From: Octopus vulgaris | Lineage: Eukaryota | Reading direction: 5' to 3' | Assembly (NCBI GenBank): GCA_951406725.2 | Contig: OX597814.1 | Location: 128,836,001 to 128,900,000, forward strand | DNA: 64,000 bases | In this document: one piece after another, positions 1 to 13,575 of the stretch | How positions within the stretch are numbered: the first letter of the stretch is position 1 | Layout: each line of letters starts with the position of its first letter | Notes under the pieces: model-generated | Databases searched by the model: none | What the model was told of the DNA's origin: nothing | What the model saw: the letters and a program-made list of their open reading frames with translations, nothing else | Made by a program: the position numbers and the translations under genes

Positions 1-987
1 TGTTTTCGTATACATTCGATGCTTTCCTCCAAGGAATCTAATGCTCTTAGCTTAGTTTTTCCTTGGGGCTGGCCAGATTGGAGCAATCTCAAGATTAATC
101 AGCTGAAATTGCGAGGATGATCCGGTTCTTGACTGAGGATAGGAAGCTTCGAATGACCCATCCTTGATTTTTTTGTATCGTCTATCTGGATGTTTTGTTG
201 TCCCTTTTTGTATCACCTAGTTGTCCAGATAGTACTTTCCTGCTTATACTAATCCTATAAAACTGTGTATGTGAATATATGTGTATTTATGTGAAGGGAG
301 ACAAATGGAACACATAAACCCATAAGTCTCTCCTGACTTAGTTATGTGGTCATTAACCTTAACTAGTACCCATGTTGATATCTTCCTTTTGGTTCACTCC
401 TTAGATTGCAGCTATGCTGGAGCACAAACTTGAAAATTATTAGTTGAATGAATCGACCCCAGTACTTATAGCTTTTAAGCTTGGTACTTATTCTCGGTCT
501 CTTGCTGAACTGTCAAGTTACAGGGGTCTAAACACACAGACACCACTTGTCAAGTGGTCTGCAGATAAAACACACACACACGCACATACAAACACACATA
601 CACACACACATTTATTAGGTTGTTTCACATGAAATGTCACATTCTTAATTACTTGTTATTTCAATCATTTAAAAGCTCAATTACATTTAATCTTGACTCT
701 TTTACTTTCCCAACAATATTACTAGACTAAATTCGTACCCACAGACCTTATGAAAAGGATAACAACCAAACTATGTCGAGTGATTTTACTCTAACAGGAA
801 AGAGCATTCATACACCATTGAAATTCTTCTGGACCTGATATGTAGGATTGAAGGAAGCTAATAGATGTTGTAATTATTGTAACAGACAAGTCTGGCTAGA
901 TATATTAATTAAGATGGTGGTTTCAGTAATGAGTGTTAGTTTGGGAAGATAAACTTATCTGTCAAGTAAGTTAATATTTCTTGTGTA

Positions 988-1238
988 GGCACGTGGCTTA
1001 GTGGTTAGGATGTCAGCATCATGATCATAAGATTGTGGTTTTGATACCTGGACCGACGACACATTATGTTTTTGAGTAAAACACTTCATTTCATGTTGCT
1101 CCAGTCCACTCAGCTGGCAAAAATGAGTAACGCTGCGATGGACTGGCGTCCCATCCAGTTGCGGAATACATACGCCATTGAAACTGGGAAACCAGGCCCA
1201 TGAGCCTGGTTAGGCTATAAAAGGGCACAAAAAAAAAG
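988..1238 (+). mobile_element. tRNA-derived SINE (family B) with V-domain-like core and A-rich tail
   Basis: A-box-like TGGCTTAGTGG and degenerate B-box GGTTTTGATACC, then GCTGCGATGGACTGGCGTCCCATCCAG. The 3' half is shared with the element at 63425-63730. Confidence 0.65.
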
Positions 1239-2476
1239 TTAATATTTCTTAGATTAACTCTGATCTGGCAGACCCATGTTCAAAATGTTCCAGGTATCAC
1301 CAATTTGTCTTTTCATTGAAACAATTCTTCTAGGATCATATCCATCAATGTGCATATCTTTTTATTAATTTTTTTTTAATGTAGTATATCTGTTATCTTT
1401 TTACTTGTTTCAGTCACTAAACTGTGGCTATGTTAGGACACCAATGAAATTTGAAAGGTGGAATCTGTAGTAGGTTGTGCAAGCATGCAGTTTCCCTTGT
1501 TGGTTTGTTCTTGGATGAGTTGCTATGTTGTGAAAGCTGCAAGTTCTTGCAGTTCTTGGATATTATTAGTCCCAGGTCATATTATGACTAAAGGCATTCC
1601 TGTTGTGACCAGCTTAAATTTAAGGTTTAATTAATTAATGTCCTTTTTGATTAAGATGGTGGTAGGGCATGAGTTATTTTTTCTGCTTTTTCGAGTAGAT
1701 TAGTCAACTGCATAGAAACTTCTTCAGTGTAGATCATCTTTGGATAACTAAGACATCATCATCATCATCGTTTAGCGTCCGTTTTCCATGCTAGCATGGG
1801 TTGGACAGTAGAGATAAATGAAATGCTAGCAGCTCATTCAGATTTTATGGCTTTTGCTATAGCTAACAAGATTAACTAGCATTCACAAATTAATATTATA
1901 GCCTGGCAGAGATGTATGTCAATGTGAAATGATGATGATAATAATAATAATATAATAATTGGCAATGAATGTATGTAGATGCAGTTGGATTTTTAAGCTT
2001 ATATTTAGCTACACAAAATACAATTGGAATGTATGTTTTCTTTTTTTTTTTTTTGTTTTTTGTAATAACATTATCCGAGATATTTTGCATCTATTTTTAT
2101 TAACAACATAAATGCCAGTCATTTTCAAACAATTTGAGCAAGAGTTTATGATAAATTGAGCTGCTGAACTTCTCGGAAACTTTACATAATTTAGTGCATG
2201 CATATCTTTGTATATACATATATATGCTATATATGTATGAACATGTATGTATATATGTGAGCGTGTATATATTTGTAATCATATGCATTTGTTTTGCAGT
2301 GATATCCAATTTTCCTTAGTTTGTAGGGTGGGATAGTCTTTGTTCTGGAGTAATTATGTCTACAGCTAATCATTCCTCACTGAACTACTTTGACTACTGT
2401 AAAATAGTCAATGACTAAGTTTTTGGCCTGACAAATGGCTTTAAATTCCACTCCAGAACAAGAAGTGAATGGCTGT

Positions 2477-2671
2477 TGTTGTTAAGCAACAAGACGGGTA
2501 AGGGTGATTAGGTGATGATCTAGGGCTTAGGGGCGGGAGACCCCAGACCTTGGAAAAAAAACAACTTTGGTTGTCTTGTCAAGGGCTCTTCATTGACGCC
2601 CAACACCACTGGGAGGTGGCCCTCAAAGTTGCTGGAAATAGAGATCTCCAAGTTCCAAATTCTTGAATGGC
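2477..2671 (-). mobile_element. Short non-LTR retroposon with (AAC)n tail; shorter, decayed relative of 7393-7883
   Basis: Aligns to both ends of 7393-7883. Flanked by the direct repeat TGAATGGCTGT (2466-2476 / 2673-2683). Confidence 0.75.
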
Positions 2672-2920
2672 ATGAATGGCTGTAGTAAAGCTTTGAGCTT
2701 AATACTAAAACAGTTAATATTCTACAATCTTAGCTGACCACCCATAAAGCCTCAGTCGGTAAAAAATTACTACATTATGTAAAAGTATTGTAGTTTGCTT
2801 TCAGCACAGTAGAACATATTGAAAACTTGTATTATAGATGAAAACAGCAATGCAAACAGAAAATTATATATAAAAAATACTAACAAAGATATTAAAATGT
2901 TAACTGAAAAATATTTAATT

Positions 2921-3319
2921 AGTCATAGGAGTGGCTGTGTGGTAAGTAGCTTGCTTACCAACCACATGGTTCCGGGTTCAGTCCCACTGCATGGCACCTT
3001 GGGCAAGTGTCTTCTACTATAGCCTCAGGCTGACCAAAGCCTTGTGAGTGGATTTGGTTGACAGAAACTGAAAGAAGCTCGTCGTATACATGTATATATG
3101 TATGTGTGTATATATGTTTGTGTGTCTGTGTTTGTCCCCCCAACATCACTTCACAACCGATGCTGGTACGTTTACATCCCTGTAACTTAGCGGTTTGGCA
3201 AAAGAGACTGATAGAGTAAGTACTAGGCATTCAAAGAATAAGTCCTGGGGTCAATTTGCTTGACTAAAGGCGGTGCTCCAGCATGGCCACAGTCAAATGA
3301 CGGAAACATGTAAAAGAGT
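2921..3319 (+). mobile_element. tRNA-derived CORE-like SINE (family A), full length
   Basis: A box TGGCTGTGTGG, B box GGTTCAGTCC, CORE-like ACCTTGGGCAAGT, internal (TA/TG)n tract and a GTAAAAGAGT tail. More than 10 similar copies occur in the window. Confidence 0.9.
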
Positions 3320-3843
3320 CCTGATGTACTGAGTTAAAAACTCATTTACAGAGGCTTTACTGATAGAATAGACATGAAAATTTAATCTCTCTTGTTCTTT
3401 AATGCCTTTGGAATGGGTTTTTTTTTTTCACTTAAAATATAATTATTTTTAAGGCAATATTTCAATATTTCTTTTTGATATTTAATCTTCTATCTACATT
3501 ACTATGACTTTATATATTAATTTTTATATGTAAAGCCATTTGAATACAAAAAAAAAACAACAAAAGTCTGAGAGACATTCATCGTTAATTTTAGGTTGAT
3601 GCTTAAGGAGGGAAAGATGTTATAGAGTAAAACTATGTTTAGGACAAAGTCCTTCATTGAATACTAGACGTAAGTCTAGGGAGTGGAAAAGAGAAGAGAG
3701 GTAGGAAAAAAGCACATATGGGTGACATTCACATGTTTGAACTCTAACTGGAAGTGCAAGAGGTAATTGTGTCTTTAATGGCAAGGGAATGCTTGTTGGT
3801 TTTATGTGTATGTATGAGTTATGGTCCCACTCTTTCAAGCCTC

Positions 3844-3893
3844 ACAGACAGACAGACACAGACAGATAGACAGAGAGAGAGAGACTGACAGAA

Positions 3894-3924
<31 letters not shown>

Positions 3925-3932
3925 AAGAGAGA
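3844..3932. repeat. (GACA)n/(GA)n microsatellite
   Basis: Direct reading. Confidence 0.9.
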
Positions 3933-6164
3933 TCTGGATTTCTAAACTGGAAAGTGGGTGAGTTTAACACAGTTCAAGAAATGAAGTGATCTTGTTTAGC
4001 AAGAAGTGTAAATTGTAATATTTGGGCAAGGTTTTCCATTTCTGTCATTAAACAAGATCATATATACACATTGGTAATTCATATTTCACATTTCTTTAAA
4101 GTAGGATTTCCGTCAAAACATCTAACGATCTTCTCATGACTTATCAATTTACTACAATTTATCAGTCTTTTTGAACTTATTTTTACCAGAGGACACCTTT
4201 CCCTTGATATCAATAAATACAAAGATCCAGATCTGGAGATTTCCAGAATGATGTGTAGTTATAGATTATTGTTGTTTGGCCTGAGGTCTTCCTAAGTGAG
4301 CTGACCGATAATCAAATGTTAAAAGCCATGATGATTCTGTCTTTTATTAAAATTATCTTTGAATCTAGGACAACATTAACCTGAATGCATGCCTCTTACT
4401 CTTTTTCCTACAGTAGATCTGACTAGAGTGAGTTATGGTTGCTTTTTGTAATAGGGGGAGAAAGATATGAATGTAAGAGATGAGAGGCTGTGAAGGTATA
4501 TAATTTATGTTTATATGTTTACATGTGCTTAAGCTTCAATTGTATATTAATAAAGTAAAAATGCTTAGAGCATATTATTTTTATTTAAATAACATTCCTG
4601 TAATAGTTTAGAATTCGGCTTAGAAAATTACCCATGCACTTCCAATATGTGTGTATTAGTGTATATATAAACTCTGTGCATGCATTTATGTATGAGTGCA
4701 TGCTTGCGTATATACATTACTCCTTTCAACAATATGCAAACAGCTTGTATATTTTACTGCTGTACCTTAAACCGTTTTTATCATGCTTACATTGTGATGT
4801 CAGAAAATGTTACCATGACAGCAAAAGAAACCTCTCCCTTACCCTCTTTTTTACCTTTTTTTTCCTCTTCCTCTTTCAGTAGACTCTATTTATAGAATTA
4901 CTGGTTCCCTCCCACAATCATCCCTTACTACTTATAAAATACTGTCTGTAATTTTTCTTGAAAAAAGTTACCATAAGAGTTAAAGAATGGGGGTTAGGGA
5001 TGCAGAATCAGATGAAGTATTGCCCTCCACAGGGATCGTAATTGACTGGGAAGCACTTTATTTATTTTGGTTATCTATGTAATTAGGTTTGTTTAATATT
5101 TACATTATTTATTACGTATGATCCTTAATAATAAAATACTTCACCCAGTATTTGCTTCCTTGTTTCATTTCTTGATAACTTTGTTTATAGTTACCAAAGA
5201 TTTTTTTTATTTTTAATTATTTTATTTTCTCTTACCTGTGTATGTGCCTCTCTCTCTCTTTTCAATCTCTCATCCTTCATCTTGTTCACCTCCACCCTGT
5301 TGCTAATTAAATTTTGCTCCCTCCTACCCTGCTGTACAAGATGCTATCAAAGTAATAATTTTGCTTCTTGGTATCATTATTAAAAACTGATGTGTGGGGG
5401 ACAAGGCTTGTTTCCTAATCCATCATCACTTCCTTCCCATTCATTTATTCACGCATCTCATTTTTAAGATTAGAACTTGTCTTCCACTCACTTTTGTTAA
5501 AACCCAATTGTAGTCAGAAACTTAAAGATGAAGGAAATACTTGAAACATTGTTATACTTGTAGATCTTAAAGCTCTTTAACACTCACACACTGTTTATAT
5601 TGAATGCAAGATGTGACTGTCAGTTCATGGGGTTTGAGTTTGGTGTAGGTATTTTTTTGTTTCTTCTAGGTAGAGCATTTAATTCTATATTATTACAAGG
5701 AACAGGTACCTGTGTTTTCTGAAGGGAATTATCTCTCAGAGCTTGGTGTCTACATGAGGGACAAGTTGTCTCTCAACCACTTAATATGAAATACACTGGT
5801 TTTTTTATCTTTGCTTCTTCCACTTATTATGTCTAGGTGCTGGTATAGCTGTGAGCATAAGTTTTCTTCTCAAACATGAAATTTTGGGTTCAGTCCCACT
5901 ATGAGGCACCTCAGGAAAGTGTTTTTTACCATACTTCCAGGCTGACCAAACTCAGGGCATTTGGCTATAGGAAAGTCTGTTCCACCAGACTCTCGTCTGA
6001 CCTATACAAGCATGGAACAGTAGAAAATGTTAAAACAAATGAGATTTTCATACTTGGTGAATGTAATTCATCATATTTCTGGATAGCTCTTTTCAAATAG
6101 AAAAAGAATAGTTTTAAGGCCATCTGACCACATTACTGATTGAATGTACTTTTTAATTAAACGA

Positions 6165-6535
6165 GGTGTAGGAGTGGTTGTGTAGTAAGTAGCTTGCTTA
6201 TGAACCACATGGTTCAGGGTTCAGTCCCACTGCGTGGCACCTTGGGCAAGTGTCTTCTACTATAGCCTCAGGCCAACCAAAGCCTTGTGAGTGGATTTGA
6301 TAGACGGAAACTGAAAGAAGCCCGTCGTATGTGTGTGTTTGTTTGTGTCCCCCCAACATCGATTGACAACCGATGCTGGTGTGTTTACGTCCCCGTAACT
6401 TAGCGGTTCGGCAAAAGAGAGCGATAGAATAAGAACTAGGCTTCCAAAGAATAAGTCCTTGGGGTCGATTTGCTCGACTAAAAGGCGGTGCTCCAGCATG
6501 GCCACAGCCAAATGACTGAAACAAGTAAAAGAGTA
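6165..6535 (+). mobile_element. SINE family A, full length
   Basis: Same head, core and tail as 2921-3319. Confidence 0.9.
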
Positions 6536-7392
6536 CCTTTACTTGGAATGATAGGCCCAAAGCAAACCCTGAGTAGAGGGCATGTCATTGACGAGGTTGT
6601 GAATGGTGACAAAAAGATTTGACAAATCTAGCTGATTGATTGGTTGACTGAATGATTAATCAGACAGTTAATTAGTTAAGTGGCAAAAGTTTAATCAATT
6701 AACTTAATTATATCAAAAGTGAAATAAAACCAGTGCATGTTTTTATTATTGGCATAACGACCCTTCTAAGTTACTACAAAATATCTTTGCTTAGTTTGGT
6801 TTTGAATAAAATTACATTTGATGAAGTTGTATGGAGATTTGCTTGTATGTACGCATGTTAAACTCAACATGAACACTAGTATCTCTGGGTTAAATACTAA
6901 ACTTAGTTAATGCTTCTATTTATAGGTCATTGCTACTCTATATTCAACAATGTCTTACCTTACCATCATAGACTCTGCAACAGTTGCAAAGAGAATTTCT
7001 CTTACAACTCAAAAAAGGTATTTTTCATCGCCAGATCTTTCATATAAATTACCACCCACAATGCACTGTTGTGTGCAGAAGTAGCAGCCTCTTTGAGGTT
7101 TCCTATTTCCTTGCTGTATCCTCTTCTATTACCACCTGGAACACAGGTGTTTACTTCATTTCCTGATATACAGCAACTTCAGCTGGAGATAAACAAACAG
7201 AATTGTCTCGTCTACTTCTACTGTTTTTGTTCTGGAGATATTTTACTCTAATATTCATAAATTATTAATGATTTTTGACACTTGTTTTGCTCTTCATGAA
7301 GCAACAGTAATATTTTCCCCATAGGTTTTATGTTCTGAGTTCAAATGCTGCTGAAGTCGACTTTGCCTTTCATCCTTGATGGTAGTGGTGGT

Positions 7393-7883
7393 TGTTGTTG
7401 TTAAGCAACAAGATGGGTAAGAGTGATTAGGTGATGGTTGTAGTAGAGATGATGAAAGGAGCACAACAGAACAAGGAAAAAGGAAGTAGAAGTGCAATAA
7501 GGTCTTACCTGACCGGGGATGAAGTCGGATGGCCTTCAGCCAACTTGCTCACGTCTTGTTGTCTTGGTGCCTTGCTGGGGTCTGTCGCAACTCGTCGATG
7601 CCGCACGTGCGTTCTGTCTGTCACTTCCGCTTCCGCTGGCGCATGCGCCCTGCAAGACCTGTAAGCATCACTTCCGCTCCCACCCGTTCTGTCACACTCC
7701 TTCATCATCACACCACAATGGTCTAGGGCTTAGGGGCAGGAGACCCCAGACCTTGGGGAAAAAAAAGAAATTTTGGTCGTCTTGTTGTATTTGAGGGCTC
7801 TTCGTTGACACCGGACACCACTGGGAGGTGGCCCTCGAAGTCGCTGGAAATGGAGATCTCCAGGTCCAAGTTCTTTGAACGGC
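7393..7883 (-). mobile_element. Non-autonomous non-LTR retroposon with (AAC)n tail and a candidate 5' HDV-like ribozyme
   Basis: GC-rich island ending in (AAC)n on the minus strand. TSD TGGT(A/G)GTGGTGGT at 7380-7392 / 7884-7896. A second copy lies at 2477-2671. Confidence 0.75.
7793..7883 (-). ncRNA. Candidate HDV-like (delta-like) self-cleaving ribozyme
   Basis: Minus strand: P1 GCC+GGAC / GUCCGGU, P2 GAGGGC-C / G-(A)-GCCCUC, P3 ACC/GGU, L3 UCCCAGU, J4/2 C-GAA. G1 equals the element 5' end. Confidence 0.6.
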
Positions 7884-8367
7884 TGGTGGTGGTGGTGAGG
7901 TCAATAAAATAAGTACCAGTCAAATACATGGATCAATGTAATTGACTTATCCCCACCCTGGAAAATGCTGGCCTTGTGCCAAAATTTGAAACCAGTATTT
8001 TTACCATAGGTTCAAGCCCTAGGTCCTCCTTTACAGAATCCACATCACCTTTCCAACAACTATTTTTCTCAACACTGTCACTAATCACTTTTTTCCCTGT
8101 TTCCTGCCATACTCAGCCAGCTTTCCCTCTTACCATTCTCTTACCCTCTATCAAGGATCATCACCACTCTCTTTGATTCTCCTTCAGTTATAGGGGCCAC
8201 TGTAGGCCTTTAGAAAATTAAAAGGTGGTCATTTCTAGTGTTGGTACCACAAAAAAATTTCACCCAGTACACTCTGTAAAGTGGCTGATGTTAGGAAGGG
8301 CATCCAGCTATAGAAACCATATCAATGAAGATATGAGTGCATGCAACAGTCCTCCAAATTGGCCGAC

Positions 8368-8440
8368 CCTGTGAAACCTGAAACCTGAAATGATAATGAT
8401 AAAACCTGTGAAACCTGAAACCTGAAATGATAATGATAAA
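8368..8440. repeat. About 36-bp tandem duplication at the 3' end of a (GAT)n-tailed SINE fragment
   Basis: CCTGTGAAACCTGAAACCTGAAATGATAATGATAAAA occurs twice. Confidence 0.8.
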
Positions 8441-11400
8441 AGTGCATCTTATATCCATCCTAGTGGCAAATATGGTAACCAACTTTGCATCACATTTAGA
8501 GATTGCTTTTGGACATCGCTGTACAATTATCTTTAGAACGTCTTTCATTGGTCCTCAACTCCTAATGTTGCTGTTGTGATATGTTTTGGGCATTTTAAAA
8601 GATCTGAACATGGCTAATTTCTTCCATACAAAGAGAAGAATCAAACCTGACAGGACTAAAGATACAGCTGATCTTGGCTGAATATGAACTCCGAGTGCAA
8701 AGAGTAAGGATGACCGCTCTAACAATTATTGCCCTAAAAACCAATCGGTAGTGGTCAAAATAGAAATTCTATACTTCTCCCCTTTTCTTCACCAGTTTCT
8801 TTTGGCTGCTATGAACCTGACTTGAAGAACAAGACATCTCATCCCCAGAATGCAATCATATTACAAACAAACTGAGTTGTTACTGGTCTTGTTTAACATC
8901 AGGTTAATAGCTCTGATCCAGCAGATCTATGATCAATGACATTTCATCCATAGTGCCATCATACTTTCCTTTTTGTAGTGTATCTTGGACTGCATTATAT
9001 AATGTTTGTTTTTTATGATTGAGGGAGATTTGTTTGCTTTTCTCAGCAAGGAGCATAACCACTTCCTCTGACAGCAACAAACGTAATCTAAATGCAAAGC
9101 AGTTTCCTCCTTCCATTTTTTTTTCTTATTTTTTGATAAATAGATTTAATTTTTATTTAATCTGTTCTTTGACATGTCATTCAAGCCTCTAAACTGATAA
9201 AAAACAACTTTCTCTTATTTATCAGAAGTGGTGACACAAAACATTTTGTTATGAAATCCACAATGCTCTAATTTAACAAATCTGTTTTCTTTCCCACCGA
9301 CTTTAATGAGATGGGAGAGACCAACACAGCAATCAACGAAATCTGAGTATATAATATTGAAAGAAATACAAAAATATCAACGACCGTTTATATGAATTGT
9401 TTGTGTATTGGTTGAACCGCTGAAGAAAGTTTACATTTTTTTAGGATGGTATGCAGGAATGGTTTACAGTAGTTATTGTAGCTAGATGTAATCTTTTGAA
9501 ACTTTGTACTAGATGTACTTACTGAGGAGGGTGTTCAGTTGTAACAAGACTGTAACCAGGACTTTCAAAAGTTTTCCTAGTAAAAGTGAAATTGTTTGAA
9601 GTTAGTGGAATAAAATATTTTAAAAATGTACTGTAATGTGTGTAAATAAATATACAATCTGATATTGAATTTATCAATAATACTCATAAACCTCATCATA
9701 ATGTTTTATTTTATCAGCTTTAGATGGGTTGCATGGATTTACAATGATATCTTTTTAGTACTTTTTTTTTTTGTTTCCTTTCACCAAATTTGTGGCCTCA
9801 TACTTATGTCAGAAATCAATATTTTTATTTTGAATTTCAACTATTTCAATCTAACAACTGATGCCAAGCTGTCTTTGAACTATATCTACTCCATAGAACA
9901 TCTATAATCATTTTTCAGTACATTCTTACCCAGCATGCATCATCTATTCACATTATATATGAATTGTAACAAGAAGTGCATTCATAGAGATAAAATGCTG
10001 TACATATGGCATCATGAAGCTTGAGGAAAAGCTGTTTGGTTGATTAACACAAAAATACAATATTCAGTATTATGCATCACAAATTCATAAAAAGAAAATT
10101 TCAGTTGCATTAGTTTAAACCACTTCTAATTATGAACTACAGAGTTATTCATTGATTGTTTTGAAGAGGAAAATGTTAACTGCTGTTCATGGAAACAAGC
10201 AAGGTCTGTAGCATTTTGACAGCATCTAGGTTGACTTAAGTGCATTTACTATAAATTCTTTTCAAATAAAAATGCATACAGTTTTAAATGATACATTTTT
10301 GCTGTATCGTACAGTGAAGATGCATAGCGCAGTGGTTAGTGTTTGGCAAACAACTATAATGTCAAGGGATCATTTTTCTAAATGTCTTTGCTCCCTTTTT
10401 ATATGTTGTGGTGTGATTTGAGGGAGATTTAGTTGTTATTCCCAGCAGATAGAACGAACATGTAGAGACTATTTCATTGACTCATAAGCTGATTAATCTT
10501 AGCTTTTTCTAATGCTGGCCCCTAACCTTCCCAGCAAAAGTTGTCCCTTTTTTCCTAATTCAAAATGAAATATTAAGGTGGTTTACACTTCCATTTGAAA
10601 TGTTGGTAATTTCAAAGTCTTTGCTTGCCCAGGTTTTGTCAACACACACCACACACACGCATGCATGCACACACGCACGCACGTGTGTGTGTGCGTGTGT
10701 ATGGCTGTGTGGTTGTTTTCTTCCCAATGCACACTGTGTGTATGTCTCCATGTCTTGACATTGCACAATAGTAATAAGTGTTACTACCATATCAAATTTA
10801 ATCATCTGTAGAAACCTGTCCAGCTGTAAGGAAATATGAGTTGCTTGAGAATGGATGAAAACTAGTAACAGGAAAGACATCCAGTCATAGAAAAATCTAC
10901 CTCTATGAATTCCAACTACCCCATGCAAACATGGAAAATTAGATGTTAAAATACAAACACAGAAAGATGAGAGAGAGAGAGAGAGAGAGTTGAGATATTT
11001 TGTTACCAAAAATGGTAGAAATGCAGTGGTATTCATGGAAGACTTCTTTTATATTCTAAGTGAATGTTTAAGTAGTTTCGTAGTGAAATATGAACAGTTT
11101 TTGCCATTCTTTTGAAGCTTTATTCCAGCATCTTACAGTAATAATACCAGAAGGATAAATATCCATTATCAATGTTTGACCTCAGGTTAGTTCCCTAATC
11201 AAGCATTCTTGTGATCAAAAGCTTTCTAGCTGTGACCATGCAGCCTTGTTTTCAAGTATAGAATATTCAGGACTACATTATCAAATCTGTCCTTTAAGAC
11301 AGCAAAGGTGTATAGGGTTTAAGGGGGATTTTACAGTAATTTTTAGAGTGACATGCATACATGTAGAAATTCTCTGATTAGCTCACATTGTCTGATAATT

Positions 11401-13214
11401 TTAATGTGTTAAAGAAGTTAATATAATCTACAAATGTTAGATAATACAAGATTTTAGATAATCTATAATAATACTACAAAATCGATTGTTTACAATCAAT
11501 AATAGATGTCATTGTTTAAGTGCTGTCATAGCTTGGCAGTTGCTGACATGCTTCTCCTTTGTCTCCCTGTTGCTGTCTGTCTGTCTGTCTGTCTGTCTCT
11601 ATCTGGTGCTTTTAATGTCTCTGGCAAATACATTTGCAGGTGCATGCACACATGCAAAGCACATGCTGAACATACTTCCCCCTGTATGTGCTTTTGCACT
11701 TGTAACTCATGCACACTTTCTCTTTGTATCTTTGCACCCCCTTTCAATTCCCTCCCCCAACTGCCTTCCTATTCACTTAACCTTCCCCTCGCTTATACTA
11801 CCCTCACTTAACCTACCCTTTCATTCTTACACCCCACTCCCATTCCAACCCCACCCTTTCTCTTCTGCTCTCTCACTCCTCAATTCTATCTTGCATCCAC
11901 CCAATTTCAGTTCCCTTATAATCTAATCTTTCCCATTCAGACTCTCATGCCATTCTATTTTTTATACCAATGTCCCCATCTCTATTGCCCCACCATTAGT
12001 TTCCCTCTCTATCCCTTATCTTTATTTACTCTGTCCCCTACTCCTTTTGTCTTCCCTTCTCTCCCCACCTATTCAATCACCCATCTCCTTATCCTCCTAC
12101 TCTTTCTTTACCCTACTGTCTCTCATTAAGATGTGTGTGTGCGTGATAGAAAGGAAGATATCATATCCATTCTTGGCAATAGTGAAACAAAAATAAATCT
12201 AAAATCTAAACTAATGAAAAAGGTTTAACAAGTGTAAAATTGGTTTTTAACCAACTTACTGTATGTCAGTAATGATTTGACTTGTATAAAACAGAAATAC
12301 ATGAAGGGAATACCAGCTGTCTCAGTCTTATTGATAGCATCAGTTGTCTTCATGTTATTTCCTTAACATAGTCAGGTAAGGCTGTGTGGGCGAGCAGTTT
12401 ACTTTGCAAGCACAAAAATATAGGATTCATTCTTCTGTGTAACTCCTTGGGTAACTATCTTTTGGGTTGCTTTAAGCCTTGTGAATGAAATTTTTATGGA
12501 AACTAGACAGAAGCCTATTTTGAGTGTGTCTGTCTACATGCATGTTTGTATGTGCATGCCTGTACACATGTCTCTGTGCATGTCTGTGAGTCTGTCTGGG
12601 GGAACCAGATCTGTATTTACGTTAGTATCCCTTTATGTTCTGTAACTTAATAGTTTATCAAACAGAGATTGATAAAATAAGTACCAAGCTGGAATAAGTA
12701 CTAGGAGTTGATCTTATAGAATAAACCCTTGATGGTTACGTCCTTGAATGGCTGCAGCTTAATAATGACTTAAGCCAGAGACTGACTAGTAACTGAGACC
12801 CTGCTTAAGAGGACCCGTCAAGCCAAGTGCACCCATGCTGGTGGCATGTAAAAAATCAACCTCTGAGCATTGGGCCTCATGAAGGCAAAGTGGCTGAGCT
12901 CCTAGGCCTCATGGAGGAAAGGTGGTTATGTTCCTTTCGAGTGTTGGGCCTCACGGAGGTGAAGTGGCTCAGTTACTTTCAAATGGGCCTTTGAGTGTTG
13001 GGCCTCATGGTGGCAATGACCAAATTTTAAAATTTCAGGGAAATAAGCCATTGTTTTTGATTGAAGTCTTTAGTAAAATTTGTTCTACCCAAGTTTCACA
13101 GACAATTTTTCATAACACACTTTGTAAACCATTGTAAATGCAGTGACCCAGTTATTGGTCCATCAGAAACCTGTAATCAACTCTGCAGCTATACAAGAAG
13201 TGCAATATTAAATA

Positions 13215-13575
13215 AACATGAGCACTCAGAGAGCACAAACCTCCACCAAGGCAACACCAACATCCTCTCAATGATTAGCCAGAGATGATTTTGAAAACGA
13301 GAATATCTGAAATTAAACTTGACTGCTCTCGCAAGTGAGAATACTAAAAATGAACCCGACCGCTCTCAAAAATTAAATAAAAAAATATGGAAAAATAATC
13401 CAGATTCCTTGTCCGGTGCCAAGTCGATCCCAAAATCTAATCAGTTTGTGCCAGTTATAAGGTCAAACATCTCTGAAAGTTTCATCCAAATCCATCCTGC
13501 GGTTCTTGAGATATCTTGCCCACAAACAAACACAACTGAAAACAGTACCTCTGCCTTCAATAAGGCAGATGTAAT
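13215..13575 (+). mobile_element. Non-autonomous Helitron/Helentron-type (HINE/DINE-1-like) element
   Basis: Subterminal hairpin CTGCCTT..AAGGCAG before GTAAT, internal (ACAA)n, and an AAGTTTCATCCAAATCC motif. An inverted relative lies at 13812-14181. Confidence 0.6.

Noticed and set aside
130-165. CTGAGGA...GAAT motif in the GC-richer repeat fragment at the window start
   Set aside because: Lacks GAAA and supporting helices; the fragment is truncated by the window edge.
2921-2995. tRNA gene calls for SINE heads
   Set aside because: A and B boxes are present, but no complete cloverleaf forms and the heads continue into SINE bodies.
6198-6560. Recurring peptide DGLLSVSVYQIHSQGFG...CPRCHAVGLNPEPCG seen at many loci
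   Set aside because: Antisense translation of SINE family A, not a gene family.
8904-9116. 70-aa ATG ORF with protein-like composition
   Set aside because: Overlaps a degenerate copy of an old dispersed repeat (CTGATC..GCAGATCTATGATCAA.. / GAGGGAGATTTG..) seen many times in the window.
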